A stretch of 64,000 nt of DNA. Source: Sminthopsis crassicaudata. Taxonomy: Eukaryota. Within the stretch, counting starts at the first letter, position 1; every line of letters starts with the position of its first letter. A program made the translations under genes and the position numbers. The stretch spans positions 649,614,558 to 649,678,557 of the forward strand of contig NC_133619.1 in NCBI RefSeq assembly GCF_048593235.1, read 5' to 3'. This document shows positions 50,651-61,300 of the stretch, piece after piece. The notes below the pieces were generated by a model that searched no databases, had not been told where the DNA came from, and was given only the letters and a program-made list of their open reading frames with translations.

Positions 50651-51009
50651 TCAGTAGGCTTTCAGGGGCTAGCCCACACCCTCCCTGGGAGAGGCACTTC
50701 ACTGCTGGGGCAAAGGCACTCCTCCTCCGGAGGAGACACCTGGGGGCCACTGGTGTTTGGCAGAAGTAATGGAGCCTCAGGCTAGGAAGGCAGTAGCATT
50801 CGAGAGAGTTTGGGGAACCATAGAATAGGGACAGTGTGGTGACTGACTTCCCCAAGCCCATGGAGGAAAGGGAAGATGAAGGTGGTGATCCAAAAGGGGC
50901 AACAGTCACTGGTCACTTTCCAGTTGTCTCCTGGGCAGAATAGGAATGAATGGAACTGTCTCTATGTGAGCCCTCTTTCCCCTTCACTGATCTGCATAAA
51001 GCATGGTTT

Positions 51010-51895
51010 TTTTTCCTAGAAAATCATTTATTTTAAATACATATTGCTTTATGAATCATGTTGGAAGAGAAAAATCATAGTAAAAGGGAAAAACCACGAG
51101 AGAGAAAAAATACAGAAAAAAGGTGTTTATTTCTTTTTACTTTTTACAACAACAATGTGTTGATTTACATTCAGTCTCTTTAGTTCATTTTCTGGATGCA
51201 GACAGCCTTTTCTGTCCAAAGGGATTGTTTTGGATTCACTGGAACCGAGTCTCTCATAGTTGATCATCGCTCATTCTTGTTATTGTGTATTGTGGTTCTG
51301 CTTGTTTCACTCAGCATCACTTTGTGTAAATCTTCCAGGCCTTTCTAAAATCAGCTGGTTCATCATTTTTATAGAACAATAATATTCCATGACCTTCATG
51401 TACCACAGCTTGTTCAGCCATTCCCCAATTGATGGGCATCTACTCGTTTTCTAATTCTTTGCTACTACAAAAAGAGCTGCTACAAACATTTTTGTACATA
51501 GGGTCCTATACGATTTCCTTGGGATAAAGACCCAGTAACACTGTTGGGTCAAAGGGTATGCAGAATTTTATAGCCCTTTGGTCATAGTTCCAAATTGCTT
51601 TCCAGAATGATTGGATCATTTCACAACTCCACCAACAATGTATTAGTGTGCCAGTTTTTCCACATCTCCTCCAACATTTATTACCTTTTCCTGTTATCTT
51701 TTTTTTTTTTTTTTCTTTTTCTGAGGCTGGTGTTAAGTGACTTGCCCAGGGTCACACAGCTAGGAAGTATTAAGTGTCTGAGATCAAATTTGAACTCAGG
51801 TCCTCCTGAATTCAGACCTGGTGCTCTGTCCACTGCGCCACCTAGCTGCCCCCCCTTTTCCTGTTATCTTGGCCAATCTGAGAGGTGGTACCTCA
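51010..51895 (-). mobile_element. L1 3' region with a nested WSINE1-like SINE (51701-51853, 17-bp TSD)
   Basis: CCTTTTCCTGTTATCTT at 51684-51700 and 51854-51870 flanks the SINE. Confidence 0.85.
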
Positions 51896-51907
51896 GAGTG
51901 CAAAGAA

Positions 51908-52020
51908 CATTTTTTTTTTTTTTTTAATGCTAAGGCGACTTGCCCAGGGTCACATAGCTGGGAAATGTTAAGTATCTGAGATCAGATTTGAACTCAGGTC
52001 TTCCTGACTTCAGGGTTGGA
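51908..52020 (-). mobile_element. WSINE1-like SINE
   Basis: Poly-T, then GACTTGCCCAGGGTCACA...GATTTGAACTCAGGTCTTCCTGACTTCAGGG. Confidence 0.75.
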
Positions 52021-52649
52021 CAAAGCACATTTTTAAAGAATATTTTAGCCATCACATTACTCTGTTTGTCTCTTCACATAAGCCACACTTAGGTTGAACT
52101 TCAATATGTGCTTTTTCTTATATATAATACATATAATTTAAACCAGAAAGAGTGTTCAGGGGTAAGCAGCCTTCTTCATCTCCCAGAGAGTGTAGGTTGG
52201 GAATTTTGACTTGGACGCCAAGAATGAGATGTTGATTATTAATTCCACAACTCTCCCAAAAGGCAGAGTTCTTGGAGTACAGAATGCTTTCTCTGCCTTT
52301 TTTACTGGAAACCCAATTTCCTTTTAACCCATGAAGGAACCTCAACTTTTAGTATTTTATTTATAATATTTATTTTAGTTAATATTTATGGAGCTCAGTC
52401 AAAACACGTGATTAAATTATTTCCCATTTCTCTGTTTGGGGAGAAGATCAGAAGATCTGAGAGGAATGGGCTTCAACTGGGAGGGAAGGCCCAAACCTAA
52501 GAGGCTCCAGGAGACACAACTGTAGAGCTCTTGGCTCCATCACTTTTCAGGTTGGGGAGTTACCTCATGCTCCCCACTGACACCTAGAGGTTACCTCAGC
52601 TTGTTGAGTTTTGCTGAGATGCAGCACCGAGTCCAATTCCAAGAGAGCT

Positions 52650-52985
52650 CCCCTATGGGTAGTGAAATCTTCCAGCTGCTCCTGTTTTCAGATACAATTG
52701 TGATTTCGTAAATCCTAAATATTGAAGAATCTCCTGGAAGAGAGCCTGATCATCCACACGGGAAAGACCAAGTGGACGAAGGATGTCGATTGCCCACAGT
52801 ATGACATACATTTGAATTGATGACCTGTATACTTGGTAATCAATATATGCATTTGTGATAGATGATACAGATGGGTGAGATGGGCCCAGAATCAAACGGG
52901 AGGAAGAAGACAGGCTGCATTGCCTGTAGGAAATCATAAATCCCCTTTAATGACGTCAAACTTCTCCCAGAAATAAAGGCGTCTG
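52650..52985 (+). mobile_element. RTE-clade LINE reverse-transcriptase remnant
   Basis: Broken translation LLLFSDTIV..., LIIHTGKTKWTKDVDCPQYDIHL, ...FNDVKLLPEIKA resembles RTE RT (LLFADDIVL / IHTGKTKWMKN / FNDPKLLPETKA). Confidence 0.75.
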
Positions 52986-53199
52986 TTTGTGTGGTTGTAT
53001 GATTTGGGAATTTGGAAAAAAAAATAATCCTGGGGTGAAATGACTAGGCTGGGGATGGGGCCTTTTGTTGGAGGTGGGAGATGGAATTTTGTGCAGAGAA
53101 CAGCAGTTTGGCTCTTTATGAAGAGACATTTGTAGTCATGTGGAAAAGCTGCTAAAGGGTTTACAAAGACAGAGGAGCTAATATTTTATCCTGGAGGGG

Positions 53200-55200
53200 T
53201 GGGGAATAAGCACTTACCTGCTGCCTCCTATGTGCTAAGTGCTTTGCAGACACCTCACTACAATCTTGGGAGGCCGATGCTATTATTAGCCCCATTTTAC
53301 AGATAGGGATACTGAGGCAAACAGTTATGTGATTTGGCCAGGGTCACGCAGCCAGTAAGTGTCCAATTTGATTTGGTCTTCCTGACTCTAGGCCTAGCAC
53401 TCTATCCACTGTGCCCCCCAGCTACCTGACAGCCAATAGGAAGCCACTGGAGGTTCTGGAAGAGGGAAGTAACATGACAACAGATGCACTTGTCACTGTC
53501 ACTGTCAGCAATGTGATAGATGAGCAAGAGAAGGAAGGGGCTCGATGCCAGGAGATGGATTGGGAGGCTATTGAAGCAGTAAAGATGAGACAGGATGAGA
53601 GGGACTGAAGGGGAGTACTTACGGTGTGAATGAAGAGAAGGGACAAATTTGAGAGACTCACAGAGAGATGTTGAGAGGGAGGGAGAAGGACCTCTCTCCT
53701 CCTTCCTCCTCCTCCCATGATGAGGTGGCTGGGCTCTGGACCAAGGCTAGTTTATCTGGGAGTCCCAGCCAGCCCATCTCCTCCAATAGCTCATCACTCC
53801 CACTCTCTCACTTTTCTTCCATCTCTCCCTCTCTATTGGCTCATTCCCTCCCTCCTACACACAGGCCCACCCCTTCCCCCATCCTGAAAAAATCCTTGAT
53901 CCCTCCATCTCTGCTAACTAGCACCCATGACTCTCCTGCCCTTTGCTGCTAAGCTCCTCCAAAAGGCTATGTCCACAGTAGGTGACTTCTCTTTTCTCTC
54001 ACTCTCTTAACTTTTTACAACCTGACCTCTGACCTTCTCAATCCAATGACCAAGTGGCCAACCCAATGGCCTTTTCTCAAGCCTTCTCCTTGACCCCTCT
54101 TTAGTCTTGGGCACTGTGGGCCACTCTTTCCTCCCAGATCTTCTCAGAAGAGAAGATGTGCAGGACATGGTTCTCTTCTGGTCCTTCTCCTCTTTCTTTG
54201 ACTGCTCCTTGTGTCTCCTTTGATGAATCCTCCTCTAGGTTATGTCCTCTAGCCATAGGTATCCTTCAGGACTCGGTCCTGGGCCTTCTTTTCTCTTGTC
54301 CAGCTGCCCTGGATTGAATGACCATCTCTGTGTGGATGATTTCCTCTTTTCTCTTGTCCAGCTGCCCTGGATTGAATGACCATCTCTGTGTGGATGATTT
54401 TCACATCTGCCTCTCCTGCCCTGACCTCTCTACTGCCTTCCAAGAATTAGGCCAATCAGCATCTTCTTGCTTAGCTCTAGTGGGAATTGGTAGTGCTTCC
54501 TACAATCAATTCAAACTCCCACTCCCCACTCCAGGGCCTTCCCTTTGGGGACAAATCAAAGAGAAGTTGACTTCTCCCCAATGCAACCTTTCAGCTATGT
54601 GAAAAGCACCATCACATTCCCTGCGCTTCTGCTCCCTCCTGAAAGTTTTTTTTTTCTCTCTAGGATGAATATTCCCAGGATCTCCAATAGATCATCATAA
54701 GACTTGAAGCCCTTCACAGTGCTGGCTGCTCTCTTCTCAACGCTCCCCATCTTGCCGTGTCCTTGAGTTGGGAAGCTCAAAAGTAAACACAGTAGTCCAG
54801 ACATGTTCTGACCAGGCAATATTTGAGCAGACATGTTTTTGTCTCTCTGCAGCATTGGACACTGCTATCTTTCTCCTTTTTCCTTTCTTCTTACTTATCT
54901 TCCTTCTTCCTTTTTCTCTTCTTCCTCCTTGTGCTCTTGGATAATCTTTGCTCTCTGGGTCTTTTGTGGCCCCACTCTTTCCTGATTTTCCTACTCTCGT
55001 CTTTTTTTTCCCTGGGTCATCATATATACTCTCCCTCTAATATTTCTCATCAACCCTTCTGTCCTCTGACACTGCCTCTAGCTTGGCCCTCACCCTCAAT
55101 GCTTCATACCTGAACTATTGTAATCCCTAGCTTTCTACTCAATGAACAAATTCCAAGGTCAAATATATCATCTTCTGTTTGATTTTTTAAAACCCTTCAT
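53200..55200. mobile_element. MIR (~53200-53425, -) and several degenerate L2 fragments
   Basis: MIR core CCCATTTTACAGAT.GG.ATACTGAGGC and L2-type motifs GGAAGCCACTGGAGG and CCAATGGCCTTTTCTCA..CC. Boundaries are approximate. Confidence 0.6.
54288..54401. repeat. Tandem duplication of ~56 bp inside an L2 remnant
   Basis: CTTTTCTCTTGTCCAGCTGCCCTGGATTGAATGACCATCTCTGTGTGGATGATTT occurs twice. Confidence 0.85.
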
Positions 55201-55444
55201 AATCCAGATCCTTTCCTTTCTTTCAATCTTCTTGCTTTACTCCCTACTCTTTCTATATACTCTTGTTAGTGTTACTGGCTTCCCTAAAATCTCAGCTCAA
55301 AAGCACTTTTTACAAGAAGTCTTTAAGGTTTAATGTTTGTACCTTTCTTCCGTTTATAGAAGACAAATGAACATTAGATGTCCATTTAATATGTTCCTAA
55401 CAGTTGTCTGCATGTGGACTTGGAACTCCTTGAGTATGGAGACC

Positions 55445-55993
55445 GTCTTTACCCTTTCTCTGTATCCTCAAAGCTTAGCACGATGCCTGGCACATAGTAG
55501 GTGTTGTCTTTACCCTTTCTCTGTATCCTCAAAGCTTAGCACGATGCCTGGCACATAGTAGGTGCTGTCTTTACCCTTTCTCTGTATCCTCAAAGCTTAG
55601 CACGATGCCTGGCACATAGTAGGTGCTGTCTTTACCCTTTCTCTGTATCCTCAAAGCTTAGCACGATGCCTGGCACATAGTAGGTGCTGTCTTTACCCTT
55701 TCTCTGTATCCTCAAAGCTTCGCACGATGCCTGGCACATAGTAGGTGCTGTCTTTACCCTTTCTCTGTATCCTCAAAGCTTCGCACGATGCCTGGCACAT
55801 AGTAGGTGCTGTCTTTACCCTTTCTCTGTATCCTCAAAGCTTAGCACGATGCCTGGCACATAGTAGGTGCTGTCTTTACCCTTTCTCTGTATCCTCAAAG
55901 CTTAGCACGATGCCTGGCACATAGTAGGTGCTGTCTTTACCCTTTCTCTGTATCCTCAAAGCTTAGCACGATGCCTGGCACATAGTAGGTGCT
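55445..55993. repeat. Minisatellite, 61-bp unit, 9 copies, derived from an L2 3' terminus
   Basis: Units start at 55445, 55506, 55567 and so on, and contain TGTATCC..AGCTTAGCACGATGCCTGGCACATAGTAGGTGCT, the characteristic L2 3'-end motif. Confidence 0.92.
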
Positions 55994-57309
55994 TTGTAAA
56001 TGCTTTTTCGTTTGATTTACTCGATGCTTTCAGCATCGGTTTGCTAGGAAGGAGGTTGCTTGCTTAGCATCTCCCAAATTGTGTTTACCTTCTGAAAAAG
56101 TCCAAACCAGTCACTCAGCCTGTCAATGAACATTGTCAACAGCGTGATGCTATGAATCTTGGGACGTAGCCTTATGGAAAAGAAGGGAGGGAGAATAGGG
56201 GAGTAGCAACTAATCAATTCCATTGCGTGGATGGCTGAGATGGGGATGTTCTAGTTGAAGGGCTGGGAGGTGTGTTTATGCCTTTCTTAACCCTTAATTC
56301 TATTGCCTTCTCTGAATTACTGAAAATTCCCTCCCTAGTTTGTCCGTAGTTTCCCCCGTCAGCCCCGGAGCTCCTTAAGAGAAGCTTCTGTCTTTTGTCT
56401 CGGGATCCGCAGAACTTAGCCCAGTGCCTGGCACACAGGGGTCTAATAAGTGTTTGTTGCGGGAGCGTGGGGTGAGGACGTCCAGATGCGCTTCTAGGCG
56501 CTCGCCTCGGGACTGGGGCGCTTTTAATCACTGTTGGAGAAATGCCTGCACAAGCGGTGGGGAGGGGTGTCCGAAAATGCAGGTCTCGTCTCGTTCATAA
56601 ACTGCAGTGGCTCCCGGCCGCTTTAGCTCTGCTCCATTTGCAGCTTTCTTGCCCCTCCGTGCACGGTGCACGCCGGGTACTGTGCATTCGGCGATTCTGG
56701 CCGCGAGGATGCTGGTCCGCATGACACCCCGCGTCTGCGCTCCCAGCATTCTTTCCTGCCGTCCCCGCGAGTGGACAGCTCTCCTTTGGCTCCACCCACT
56801 CCAACCCCACTTTCTACGGGAAGCCTTAGCCCCTCTTTCCTATTTATCCCGTACACAGCTTGCTTTGTTATGTTTATTTGCCTGAGATTTCCCCCTTTAG
56901 ACGGTAAGTTCCTTGAGGGCGGGGACCCCCGTGTGCTTAGCGTTGCGCCCTACACTGTGGTCCGGGTGAGCTCCGAGCCTCCGGGGATTACAGGCTAGTC
57001 CCCTCCCCCCCCCCGGGATTTAGCATCTCCCCTCCCCCAGCCCCACCCGCACTGGGGGCTCGTGCAGAATGGGTGTGGGAGGCGGGGGAGGCAAAGCTTT
57101 GAACGCTGGGCAGATGGTGGCCAAGTTCTCCAGCTGCTTCGCTTAGGGGTTAGGTGGAGAGGGCCGTCGCTGGGCGAATGCACCCCGGGACGTGTGCACC
57201 CCAGGGCAGACTATCCGGGTGGTCTTTCCAGCCTAGAGGCTCTTGGGGGAGGAAGCGGCCATACCTCCGGCAGCCTCTGCGTCCCGGGCCGAGGAAAACG
57301 GCTGGGAGA

Positions 57310-57710
57310 ACTACAAGTCCCAGAAGCCCCAGTGACAGAGGCGCCGGCGGCGAGAAAAAGGACATTCTGCGACTGCGCAGTGAGGCGGCAGGCCAGAGGG
57401 TGAGGGATTGGACCGAGGCAGGCCGAGGGCGGGCCCTGAGGGAAGGGTGGTCGGAAGGGGTCGGCGGGGACAGGGTTTGGGTTCGGAGAGGCGGGTGGAG
57501 GTCCTGGATCCTATGGAGAGGCGCGGCCGGCACGTGCGGGGGGAGGGGGGCAGAGAAAGGTGGAAAGCAGCCAACAGGTCTCTCCTCCGCCCGGCCCCGC
57601 CCCTCGCCGTCGTCTTGGCCCCGCCGGAAGTCGGGGCCCTAAAGCGAAAGGGGCTTTCCGGCGAGGCCTGACGCATTTCCGGCAAAGATGGCGGCGCCCA
57701 TTGCTGGCAG
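57310..57710 (+). promoter_or_regulatory. HSPBP1: HSPBP1 CpG-island promoter with two candidate first exons (donors at 57400 and 57711)
   Basis: ZNF143/SBS-type ACTACAAGTCCCAGAAGCC at 57310-57328, TGCGCA palindrome at ~57373, ETS CCGGAAGT at ~57623 and YY1 AAGATGGCGGC at 57685-57695. Donors are AGG|GTGAGG and CAG|GTGCGG, with a shared acceptor TTTGCAG at 58313-58314. Confidence 0.65.
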
Positions 57711-57863
57711 GTGCGGGCGGCGGCGTGGGTCGTGAGGCCCGCGGAGGTGAGGCCCAGGGGGCGAGGGCAGGGACCCTGGGGAGTGCCGAGGGGACAAAGC
57801 CCGCTGCAGAGACCCGCGGGGATTCCGGAGGGCGAGTGTCTCGGAGCGAGGGGCAGAGGCGCG

Positions 57864-58167
57864 GTTGCTATGGAAGGCGGTGCTTGTTGCTAAGGAGTGA
57901 GGGAGGAGTCCGAGCCGCCAGCTCTGAAAAAGAGGAGGGGGTCTGTTGCCGTGGCTATGGGCGGCTTCCCCGAGAAGTTCGGGAATGGATGCCTAAAGCC
58001 CGTTGCCATGGAGACGGGGCAGGGCCGGGTCACCATGGAGACGGGAGAAGGATGAGCTGCGGCGGGGACTGCCATGGGTGGGAAGGGCCGGGTTTTAGAA
58101 AGAAGGAACGGGTCCCTGTGGGTGGAGGCGAGGGTCAGGGTGAGAGGGGATGTGTTACCATGGAGAC
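57864..58167. promoter_or_regulatory. RFX X-box cluster in HSPBP1 intron 1
   Basis: GTTGCCATGGAGAC at 58002, GTCACCATGGAGAC at 58029 and GTTACCATGGAGAC at 58154, plus GTTGCTATGG at 57864, GTTGCTAAGG at 57886 and GTTGCCGTGG at 57945. Confidence 0.65.
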
Positions 58168-58383
58168 AGGGGAGGGGCCTGCAGAAGTGAGAAAGTTTCC
58201 CCCCTTGAACAAGCCAGGTAAGGGCGGGGGCAGGCCCCCCCCTGGGGCGGGAGCATGGCCGTCCGGGAGCCCACCCCTTCCACAGCCGGTCTCCCCGTGC
58301 CCCACTCTTTGCAGATCTCCCACGACACGGATCAGCTCCTTCCGGGACATCTCCCCAGCCACACCCCCACTCCGGCATCCCCA

Positions 58384-61300
58384 ATGGCGGACCCGGGCTC
58401 CGGAGGTAACCGCCTCCCCCTAGCCCTGCCTCCGGCCCCTGAGCAGGCCAGCACGTCGGCTTCCATAGGGAACCCCGGGCACCCCCACAGCCTCCAAGGC
58501 CTCCTGCACATGGCAGTGACAGCTTGCCCCGCTGACCCCGAGCCACCGCCCGAGCCTATGACGGAGGAGGTGAGCCTTGGGGGCGGGTTGGAACCTGGAG
58601 AGGGGAGCCTGGGGATGGGATGCTGGGGAGGGGGGGCTGGGAGCCGCAGGAGGAAGCCCCACTAACCCCCCTCCCCCCCAGCGGCGTCAGTGGCTGCAGG
58701 AGGCCATGTCGGCAGCGTTCCGAGGCCCTCGGGAGGAGGTGGAGCAGATGAAAAGCTGTCTTCATGCTCTGGGGCTCCCGACGCCCTCCGCCGCTGGGGA
58801 GGCCGAGCTGATGGCTGACCAGCAGGAGCGCGAGGGGGCTCTGGAGCTGCTGGCGGACCTGTGCGAGAACATGGACAACGCTGCAGGTAACCCTGCTGCC
58901 CTCCTTCCTGGCCCATGTGTGAGCAGGCGGGGTGGGTGCGGCGCCCGGCGTCCTGCCCACCCTGAGGCTGATTCGGGTCCTGGGGGTGTCTGATGACTGG
59001 GGGCTCCCAGAGACTGCTCTCCCGTGGGGAATCAGCCAGCGGGGGCTCTCCGGGCTCCCTGCCTCAGTCTGGTTGGAGAGATTCACGAGGCTCGCCCATG
59101 GGATAGGGCGGCCAACAGGAGAGAAGGATGCCCCAGCCTGGGCGGTGGTCCGACCCCGCTGCGGGGGGCAGCGGGCTCCTGGGAGGTTTCCAATAGGCCT
59201 TCTAAAGACTGCAGTGGGAGGCCTCAGCCTTAGTGTCCCATTTCTGCTACTTGACCGGCCGCCACATGGCCACGGCAAACGCCGACCTCTCGCAGCTCGG
59301 TTGACCATCTGGGCAGGACCTCCCACAGAGGCTGGTGGGAAAGACTACGGGACAGGACTCCGTCCGGGCCCTGTCCCTCGCAGGAGCCATGACCAAAGGA
59401 GAGGGGCTATAACAGGCTCAGAAAACTGAGCCGGGATTGGAGACCCCCAGCAGGCAGTGCTAACCCCCCCCCCCTTTCTCCTTTTCTCTTGGCTCGGTCC
59501 AGACTTCTGCCAGCTGTCTGGGATGCACCTGCTAGTGGGCCGCTACCTGGAGGCAGGGGCAGAAGGCTTGCGGTGGAGGGCGGCCCACCTCATTGGCACG
59601 TGCAGCCAGAATGTGGCTGCCATCCAGGAGCAGGTGCTGGGCCTGGGTGCCCTACGGAAGCTCCTGCGCCTGCTCGACCGGGACCCCTGCGACACGGTGC
59701 GAGTGAAGGCCCTCTATGCCATTTCTTGTGAGTGCACGGGGAAGGACCGAAGAGGGCCTTTGGGGGAGGGGAGGCACGCCGCCCTGGGCACCAGGGCCCT
59801 CCAGGTGCTGCCTGAGAGCTCAGGTTCCCCGCTCTTTGTGACCACGCTTTCATCAGCGGCCTGATGGTCCGGCCTCTGACCTCCCAGCGGCCTCTGCTCT
59901 GTCTTCGGGTCCTCCCTCCCTGACTGCTGCCCTCCCCGCGAACTCCTCAGCCCCCAAGGATCTCGTCCCTGTTCCCAGCCTCTGCCTGTCCCCACGGCCA
60001 GCAGCCTTTCAGATCCCTCAGGCCGAGCGGGCACTGAGACCCATGAGCCGCCTGTGAAGCCCCTGGAGAAGGGGCCTGGGGACAGAGAAGGAGGGCTGGC
60101 CATGGGGGCAGATACTCTGGCAGGGGTGTGGGAGCAGGCAGAGCCCCGATGAGACTCCCTCCCCCTGCCCCCGGGGTGTTTGGGACAGGGATTTCTCTCA
60201 GAATTCTTGGCACAAGGTCACACTTGGGTAATGTGGATTTTCCTCGGGAACTGTCCATGTGTCCGAGAAAGGGTGCCTTGCTCCCCGAAGGTCCCAGCCT
60301 ACACATGCCCCCCCATTCTGACAGGCCCCTGGGGTGGCCCCCCAGCTCTAGGCTGGTGCTTCTGGGAGCGCCCAGGGGGTCTGCTTGCCTGCCTCCTGCC
60401 CCATCTTCCATCCAGCCACTGGCGGGATGGCCAGGGCACCCCACAAGAGCACCTCGAGGTCTCTGTGACCTAATGGGGTGGCTTGGCCTTCTGAGCTGCC
60501 TCCCGGCTCTCCCCCGCCCCTCCTCGGGGACCCAGCCGGCCCCCTGCCGCGCTCCCCGGCCTCTGCCCAGCGCCTGGCACACAGTAGGTATTTCACAGTG
60601 CTTTCTGACTGAGGAAGCAGGTGTTACAGCAGGCCCTGCTCTGGGCACCGGCGCCTCCGGGAGGGCCTGGCGCTGGGAGCGCCTGACCCTTTGTTGCCAC
60701 CCCCAGGCCTGGTCCGGGAGCAGGAGGCTGGCCTGCTCCAGTTCCTTCGCCTGGACGGCTTTTCGGTGCTCATGCGGGCCATGCAGAGGGACGTGGTGAA
60801 GCTGAAGGTGAAGTCGGCCTTCCTCCTGCAGAACCTGCTGGTGGGCCATCCTGAGCACAAAGGTGGGGGGCGGGCGGGGGGCTGGGGGAGGCAAAGGGGG
60901 AGGTGCGGGCTTTCGGAGGGGAGCTGTGGGAGGGCAGGGCAGACTGCTGGGTGGGAGCCCCCGGTGGAGGGCGGGCGGGCGGGCCTCCGAGGCGCTCTAG
61001 GGTCACCTGCCCGCCAGTCCTGGGCAGGCCGGGAACGCCTGGCTTTGACCGCTTCCCCTCCGTCCTTAGGCACCCTGTGCTCCATGGGGATGGTCCAGCA
61101 GTTGGTGGCTCTGATTCGCACAGAGCACAGCCCCTTCCACGAGCACGTGCTGGGGGCGCTTTGTGGGTGAGAGGAGCCTTGGGCAGGGTCTGGGGCAGGG
61201 GGGCTGGGCGGGGGGCCCGGAGGGACTCCCCTGGGGCCTAGGGGCCCGACCCTGGGATGGGAAGCGGGGATGACTTCCTTGCCTCCTCCCCAGGCTGGTG

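Noticed and set aside
57560-58423. 287-aa + strand ORF upstream of HSPBP1
   Set aside because: GTG-started read-through of CpG-island intron sequence; only its spliced 3' part is relevant (see the uORF finding).
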